Virus record (IMG/VR): IMGVR_UViG_3300047546_001496
Span: 31,379-95,378 of that record
DNA length: 64,000 nucleotides
From: a virus
Strand: one strand, 5' to 3'
Shown: piece by piece, positions 58,903-64,000 of the stretch
How positions within the stretch are numbered: position 1 is the first letter of the stretch
How the letters are laid out: every line of letters starts with the position of its first letter
Position numbers and translations under genes: made by a program
The notes under the pieces: model-generated
What the model saw: only the letters and a program-made list of their open reading frames with translations
The model's database searches: none
What the model was told of the DNA's origin: nothing

Positions 58903-59484
58903 TTACTCCAATGTTTTTGCAAAATCAGTTGAATAGCCAAAGATTGAAAAATCAAGGGCATAAAATTTTCTAACAATATCTATAGCAACATCAGTATATT
59001 CTTCAACATACATCTCTTTAGTATAGTTACCAATATGATGGAAGCCTAGTTCCCAATTTAGATCTTGTTCTAGTTCTTTTATATTTTCAAACCTATAAAC
59101 TTTTGTTACCTGGATATTATTTTGTGCATCAGTAATATACCAGGCCATTGGTAGGTGGAGCAAAGGGCTAATTTCTGATATTCTTTTTTCTAAAATATTA
59201 TTTAAATATTCCATAAAAGATATATTAGTCTTGTTTGCTTTATTATATTGATGATAAGAACTATACGTTCTAGTGTATGGATTTCTTACAACAGCAAAAG
59301 AAAATACTTTATCATCTATGTTGTTTTCTTTTTGCATATAAAAATATGGATCATGATGTCTTGGATATCCTCTTTTCCAATTATCAAGATTGTTGTCTTT
59401 TAATATTTTTATAATAGATGATCCAGCAGTTTTGGGTATATGAATATGCAAAACACCACTGTACTCTTTACCCAAAATATTCAT
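58903..59484 (-). CDS. Sulfotransferase family 2 protein
   Basis: HIHIPKTAGSS, VRNPY.R..S, Y..DF..FGY. Confidence 0.85.
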   Translation of the reverse strand: MNILGKEYSGVLHIHIPKTAGSSIIKILKDNNLDNWKRGYPRHHDPYFYMQKENNIDDKVFSFAVVRNPYTRTYSSYHQYNKANKTNISFMEYLNNILEKRISEISPLLHLPMAWYITDAQNNIQVTKVYRFENIKELEQDLNWELGFHHIGNYTKEMYVEEYTDVAIDIVRKFYALDFSIFGYSTDFAKTLE

Positions 59485-59486
59485 GA

Positions 59487-59786
59487 TTAGTTTTCGCTAC
59501 CAATCGTTCTGTTTTCCTGAAGTCTCTCTCTTTCATCAATAACACTTTCCATATACTTCATCATGTTATCGTAGCCAATAGCATTGTCCAATGCCTTATC
59601 ATAATGGTGCCCACAGAACAATAAATCTGAACCATTTTTACCCAAGACCTTTACATAGGCCTGAGCGCTACATCTATCGCATCTATCCCTGGCATCAAGA
59701 AGCCATACCTTTTCTTCTTCCTTAGACTTCAACATACTAAACATATTATACCTTTCTATTGTCAGTTTTATAAAATCCAGAGCCAT
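59487..59786 (-). CDS. Actinobacterial-type small Zn-binding protein
   Basis: DRCDRC.AQAYV...LLFCGHH. Confidence 0.7.
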   Translation of the reverse strand: MALDFIKLTIERYNMFSMLKSKEEEKVWLLDARDRCDRCSAQAYVKVLGKNGSDLLFCGHHYDKALDNAIGYDNMMKYMESVIDERERLQENRTIGSEN

Positions 59787-59931
59787 TGAATGTGACTCCT
59801 ACATTAGAGTATACACGAACTAAGTCCTTATTGCAAGTATCACATTTATACCCTGGATCTTCTTCGTTCATGCTTCTAACTTTGGTGTATCGCATAGCAC
59901 AAGCCATGCAGTCATATTCGTATGCTGGCAT
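59746..59931 (-). CDS. FmdB-family Zn-ribbon protein
   Basis: MP.YEY.C..C...C..C...F.GSGFY.TD. Confidence 0.9.
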   Translation of the reverse strand: MPAYEYDCMACAMRYTKVRSMNEEDPGYKCDTCNKDLVRVYSNVGVTFNGSGFYKTDNRKV

Positions 59932-60043
59932 AGCCTTTACTTCTTTTTCTTAGCCTTTACTTGCCAGACTGGTAGGTTTAGTTCATCTCCAGACCACTCA
60001 TAGCCAAGTATCTTAACAACAAACTTGATTATTTTAATTCTCA

Positions 60044-60244
60044 TTACTTTACTCCTTTGCCAAATTTGGCCCAAACTCTTTCATGGATAAAATATCCTAG
60101 TGCTTCCCAACCAATATAAAGAAGTGCTCCAAGGCTTGCATATTCCCATTCGCCAGTAAATAAATAAATTACTCCAGCAACTCCAACAAGGTGAAATGTT
60201 TCCCAACTTGCGGTTTTTAGCAATGTTCTTTTAGTAGATTCCAT
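60044..60244 (-). CDS. DUF2061 membrane protein
   Basis: RT.LKT.SW...YF.HER.W. Confidence 0.75.
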   Translation of the reverse strand: MESTKRTLLKTASWETFHLVGVAGVIYLFTGEWEYASLGALLYIGWEALGYFIHERVWAKFGKGVK

Positions 60245-60274
60245 AGTTCCTCCTATGTATATTATATCATTATT

Positions 60275-60301
60275 GGGCAGTTTTTAATCATGCCCAGGAT
60301 T
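60275..60301 (-). ncRNA. Mini-pseudoknot motif, copy 6 (compensatory variant)
   Basis: AATC-CTGGGCAT-GATT-aaaaac-TGCCC. Confidence 0.7.
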
Positions 60302-60308
60302 TTTATAA

Positions 60309-61139
60309 TTACTTAATGAATGGATATGTTAGAAACTTAGTAAGCCCAGAAATAAACTGAGCAAACAAACTTGTTTGTCCAACATATGTTGTTGCTGCTA
60401 CAGAAGTTGCAACCGATGTTCCAGAAATATCATATGTATTATTAAGTGCTTTTCTAATATCTCCAACTGCAACAACATCAAGGCCTGGACCTGAATTTGT
60501 AACTGCCTGCAGCATACTTCCATCAAGTGTCATAGCGCCTACACCAACTGCACCTTGAACACATGCTGGAAAACCAACTTTATCTTTAAGGCTATCGTTA
60601 CCTGTAGCAATAAATGTTGGCACATTTTGGCTTTCTAAAGATTTAATTGAATTAGATATAATCAAATCTGTAGGACATGTTGTCCAATTAACTCTTGACT
60701 GACTTACGGAAACAGCATCAATACTATATTTAGATGCATTTTTAGATACCCAATCCATAGCATTAGAAAGACTTGCTCCAGAATTTAAAGTTCCACCTGT
60801 CGAAGTTACATTGGCAATTCTAACAAAAACAATCTTAATATTTGAATTAGTTTTTATTGATGCCGTAACCATTTTTAGTCCGTGATATATTGGATGAGAA
60901 AAGTTTGTAGATGTTGCCCATACGGGAGAGTTGGCAGATCCTTTACCCTCCATAAAATTAGTTTTATTTAGACATGACTTATTGTCTGTAAAGCATGCCT
61001 CATAAATAATTGAAGGAAATTGATTTGAGTCAATGGCTGTATCAATAATTGCCACAACTCTTTCATCTGCTGCCTTTGCAATTTGCATAGGTGCAAAAAT
61101 AGTTAGTGCTGTTAGTATTGTTATTAGTATTTTTTTCAT
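60309..61139 (-). CDS. Secreted S8 subtilisin-like peptidase
   Basis: Signal peptide; IIDT, HG, ATGND, GTS catalytic motifs. Confidence 0.85.
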   Translation of the reverse strand: MKKILITILTALTIFAPMQIAKAADERVVAIIDTAIDSNQFPSIIYEACFTDNKSCLNKTNFMEGKGSANSPVWATSTNFSHPIYHGLKMVTASIKTNSNIKIVFVRIANVTSTGGTLNSGASLSNAMDWVSKNASKYSIDAVSVSQSRVNWTTCPTDLIISNSIKSLESQNVPTFIATGNDSLKDKVGFPACVQGAVGVGAMTLDGSMLQAVTNSGPGLDVVAVGDIRKALNNTYDISGTSVATSVAATTYVGQTSLFAQFISGLTKFLTYPFIK

Positions 61140-61154
61140 TGTGTTACCTTTCTG

Positions 61155-61358
61155 TTAGATGAATATTCTTACTACATGTTCGCATGGGTCGCCTCCTGCT
61201 TCCCATTCTTCTATTTCTTCTTCACTCATATATTGATAGCCACCATCATGTGTGTGACAGTAGGGATCACTAATCCATCCTCTTTCGATGCCATTAGTTA
61301 ACCAAACACCAAACTCCTGTTCCTCTGGAGACAGGTCTTCCATACCCATATGATTCAT
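61155..61358 (-). CDS. Hypothetical protein
   Basis: GW....C.THDG...GGDPC. Confidence 0.65.
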   Translation of the reverse strand: MNHMGMEDLSPEEQEFGVWLTNGIERGWISDPYCHTHDGGYQYMSEEEIEEWEAGGDPCEHVVRIFI

Positions 61359-61373
61359 ATATTTAGTATACCT

Positions 61374-61907
61374 TTAAATGCTTAGAATGTCAATAGGACC
61401 TTTACAAGACATTGAGTGATTAATAGCAGCATTTACTGCAAGTACCGCTCTTTTTCTTGCATCTTTTTGTTTTTGTGTTGAATATAATGATCCTAATGCT
61501 AAGTCTGAACCAGAACCCATAGCAAGATAATCTTGTTCATATTGTGTCAACGACATGTCTCCTGCGTTGTGTTCATATATTTTTCCACGAACACATATAA
61601 GCATTCCAAAATCTGATGATGGAGAGGTATCAACCCACCAACCTTCATAAAAATTACGAAGTGCTTTTAAAAATTTACTATACATAAATTTATCAATACT
61701 GCCACGACCCTCAAAAACTGGCGGTACAAATAAATGTTTTATCCTATCTCCATCCATGGATCCAGCATACCCAAATAAGTATCCTTCTTTTTTCCAAATC
61801 TTAGGACTTGATGAAACATTAATTACATTGTCATCAGAGACACCACGATCTCCTGCCATCCATAGTTTATTATTTACTTTATCACGCACAACTGCTATAC
61901 AAGTCAT
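61374..61907 (-). CDS. Ntn-hydrolase, proteasome-beta/HslV-like peptidase
   Basis: N-terminal MTCI, AGD, K..., G.AG, AMGSG. Confidence 0.8.
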   Translation of the reverse strand: MTCIAVVRDKVNNKLWMAGDRGVSDDNVINVSSSPKIWKKEGYLFGYAGSMDGDRIKHLFVPPVFEGRGSIDKFMYSKFLKALRNFYEGWWVDTSPSSDFGMLICVRGKIYEHNAGDMSLTQYEQDYLAMGSGSDLALGSLYSTQKQKDARKRAVLAVNAAINHSMSCKGPIDILSI

Positions 61908-61961
61908 GGTAGCCTTTCTGATCGTTTATATCAGTATATCAATTAAAAAATGTTTTGTCAA

Positions 61962-62594
61962 CTACTTCTTGACTTCTTGTCCACATGTTGGACAGGTCTT
62001 TGGTTTAACTGTTTTATTAGTAGTTGCTGTAGATTTTTCAGCAGGTTTTGCTGCTGCCCCGCCAAACTTGGGACGACCAAAACCAACTATAGAAATCATT
62101 ACATTGGCTTTATTTTTCTTATATGCACGAAGTTTTTTGCAGGCTTCTCCACCGTTTCTTTGACTACCTTTTTTACCATCTCCAGTTGTATTACCTTCAA
62201 TACACCAGACAGTTCCATCTTCGTTATCTTCAATTACAATACCAACATGTGAGATTCTATCTGCACCATCATTTGGAAAATCAAAATATGCAATATCTCC
62301 TGGTTCTGGATCTGCAACATCTCCATCAATCCATGATCCAGCCTTTTTAAATGCTGCTGCACCATTGGGTGTAAAAACTGTGTTTGGAACTTTTACTCCT
62401 GCTTCATTAGCACACCAATTAACAAATGATCCGCACCAAGGTTGAAAGTTAGCCTTTGTATATGCACCATACTTTGTTTCGTTATCTTTTGGACCCTCAA
62501 TATATCCAACTTGTGATTTAGCAACCTGAATAAATCTGCCAACTGTTCCTGGTTGATGTTTATCTACTGGTGGTACTGGAAAATTATCTGCCAT
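61962..62594 (-). CDS. CHAP-domain endolysin
   Basis: PWCGSFVNW, PGDI..F, SHVGIV, IEGNT. Confidence 0.9.
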   Translation of the reverse strand: MADNFPVPPVDKHQPGTVGRFIQVAKSQVGYIEGPKDNETKYGAYTKANFQPWCGSFVNWCANEAGVKVPNTVFTPNGAAAFKKAGSWIDGDVADPEPGDIAYFDFPNDGADRISHVGIVIEDNEDGTVWCIEGNTTGDGKKGSQRNGGEACKKLRAYKKNKANVMISIVGFGRPKFGGAAAKPAEKSTATTNKTVKPKTCPTCGQEVKK

Positions 62595-62596
62595 GA

Positions 62597-63040
62597 TTAC
62601 TTTTTATCCCATTCTGTATCTACTGGATGTTCTGCTGGAACTGCTCCATCTGGTTTTGCAGCAAGCCTTGCATATGTTTCTGCAAGTTCTGCATCAAGTT
62701 TATCTTCTGCCATTCTAATTTCAGACTCAAGTTTCTTGTCTGCTTGTGTATTTTTAGCATCAACTTCTTTATTATCTATTTGTGCTTTCATAATATCTTT
62801 AGCACCAGACTGACCAATTAATAATCCCGCTAATGTTCCTGTAATAAAAGTTGCAACTGATCCAAGCACATTGAAGAACATCTTATCATTTTCTGATTGT
62901 GCTCCGACTGGTTGTGTAACAAACAACAAACCATATAAAATTCCAAGTGCTGTGAATAAAAGAATTGCACCAAGTGTGCAACCTAAAATAAACTTTAAAC
63001 GAGCATCCAACTCTGCTGGTGTTAGTCTTTCTTTAGCCAT
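62597..63040 (-). CDS. Two-TM membrane protein (holin candidate)
   Basis: Two TM helices directly upstream of the lysin. Confidence 0.6.
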   Translation of the reverse strand: MAKERLTPAELDARLKFILGCTLGAILLFTALGILYGLLFVTQPVGAQSENDKMFFNVLGSVATFITGTLAGLLIGQSGAKDIMKAQIDNKEVDAKNTQADKKLESEIRMAEDKLDAELAETYARLAAKPDGAVPAEHPVDTEWDKK

Positions 63041-63248
63041 TTTTCTTTCCGTTCTGGTAATCATCCCATACCGTCTTACCTACTAAATCTCTTGAACAAG
63101 TTCCAGAGGCTTCACATATTGGCGGATTACACTCTTTAAGTTCCCAATTTGCTGGATCTTGGCAGGAATAACGATAACCACCGTCATAGTTACAACTACT
63201 AAGACCTAATACAAGTATACACGATAAAAAAATACGAAGCGTACGCAT
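63033..63248 (-). CDS. Small Cys-rich lipoprotein
   Basis: Lipobox LSSC; YRY.CQDP.NW...C.PP.C...G.C. Confidence 0.75.
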   Translation of the reverse strand: MRTLRIFLSCILVLGLSSCNYDGGYRYSCQDPANWELKECNPPICEASGTCSRDLVGKTVWDDYQNGKKNG

Positions 63249-63268
63249 ATATGCATTATACCAATATA

Positions 63269-63478
63269 TTATTCTTTATCTTCACGAAGAGGGATGGTGA
63301 TAAGCCATAGGGCTATTGATATTAATGTGGCTACCCCCACGACCTGCTGGGCGGTACCTGTAAGGGTGAGCCAAGCAATAAAGAAACCAAGTATAGTAAA
63401 GACCTGGGCTATGCTCTCAATAATAGCAGCCTTAAACCACTTTAGTAAACCCTTAACTATCCTTTTAATCATGTTCAT
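63269..63478 (-). CDS. Small two-TM membrane protein
   Basis: Hydrophobic helices. Confidence 0.65.
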   Translation of the reverse strand: MNMIKRIVKGLLKWFKAAIIESIAQVFTILGFFIAWLTLTGTAQQVVGVATLISIALWLITIPLREDKE

Positions 63479-63479
63479 A

Positions 63480-64000
63480 TTATAACCTCCTTAGTGACAT
63501 AACTGAATTAACTATATTTCCTACCAAGATAACAGGAATAATCACTTCCTGAACCTTTTCTCTTTGATCATCCGTCATATCCTTACCCCATTCAGATGGA
63601 CTAAGAACCTTTTCTAAATCTATATTTGTTAATGCACCTATTGGATCTGACAAAAACTTATCAGCCTGTACCTCAGTAATAGCATCTGCTAATGTATAAG
63701 GCATAGGAGCATTTGCATTTTCCGCAGATTTTTCAGAAAATGTAGCAAGCGCTTCAGCAACTGACTCATTTGATTTTGCAAGGTTTGCCACTATTGCAAT
63801 TTCTGCTGGTTTGATACCAAGTGTTTGTGCTACTGCAACCTTTTGCTCTGGAGTTAATTTAGTTAATGTATCCTTACTTGTAAGATCAGAAAGTTGTTTT
63901 ATTAAATCATTTGTTTCTTCCGATGGTGTTGGAATTGCCTCGTCTGGAAATCTTGGATCATCTGGAGTAATTATTTCTGGATCAATAACAATAACTTCTG
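63480..64000 (-). CDS. Partial large protein (C-terminus)
   Basis: Frame stays open from 63791 to the window edge. Confidence 0.7.
   Translation of the reverse strand, partial: EVIVIDPEIITPDDPRFPDEAIPTPSEETNDLIKQLSDLTSKDTLTKLTPEQKVAVAQTLGIKPAEIAIVANLAKSNESVAEALATFSEKSAENANAPMPYTLADAITEVQADKFLSDPIGALTNIDLEKVLSPSEWGKDMTDDQREKVQEVIIPVILVGNIVNSVMSLRRL

Noticed and set aside
1-64000. Alternative genetic code or bacterial chromosome origin
   Set aside because: Long genes translate intact in the standard code, there is no suppressor tRNA, and no housekeeping operons are present

Overview
The window is a fragment of a large, AT-rich tailed-phage genome whose host is most likely an actinobacterium (WhiB, FmdB-like, MSMEG_6728-like and XapX-like genes, many leaderless mRNAs, actinobacterial-type operator motifs). 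A low-GC freshwater lineage is plausible but is an inference. Layout: (i) 1-21 kb, minus strand, tail-fibre/virion genes, including two Pro-rich proteins that end in the same Phe/Pro repeat plus Cys-rich tail, interleaved with 2OG-Fe(II) oxygenases, a GDP-mannose 3,5-epimerase and GT11/GT15 glycosyltransferases; (ii) 24.2-37.4 kb, a divergent early-like region of small ORFs whose intergenic blocks carry CRP-, PafBC-, WhiA-, BldC- and DnaA-type sites, a recurring ACGT-core motif and several structured RNAs, ending in an iteron-like repeat field; (iii) 37.5-46.5 kb, plus strand, oxygenases, peroxidases and six tRNAs; (iv) 46.6-64 kb, minus strand, accessory enzymes (sulfotransferases, APS kinase, carbamoyltransferase, halogenase, Hsp20, WhiB, nuclease, proteases) and a CHAP lysin cassette. 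Best candidates for undescribed systems: a modular array of host-regulator operators across the early region, a six-copy covarying mini-pseudoknot at gene 3' ends, and a possible pathway modifying Pro/Thr-rich virion proteins. All family calls come from motif recognition by eye; no searches were run.
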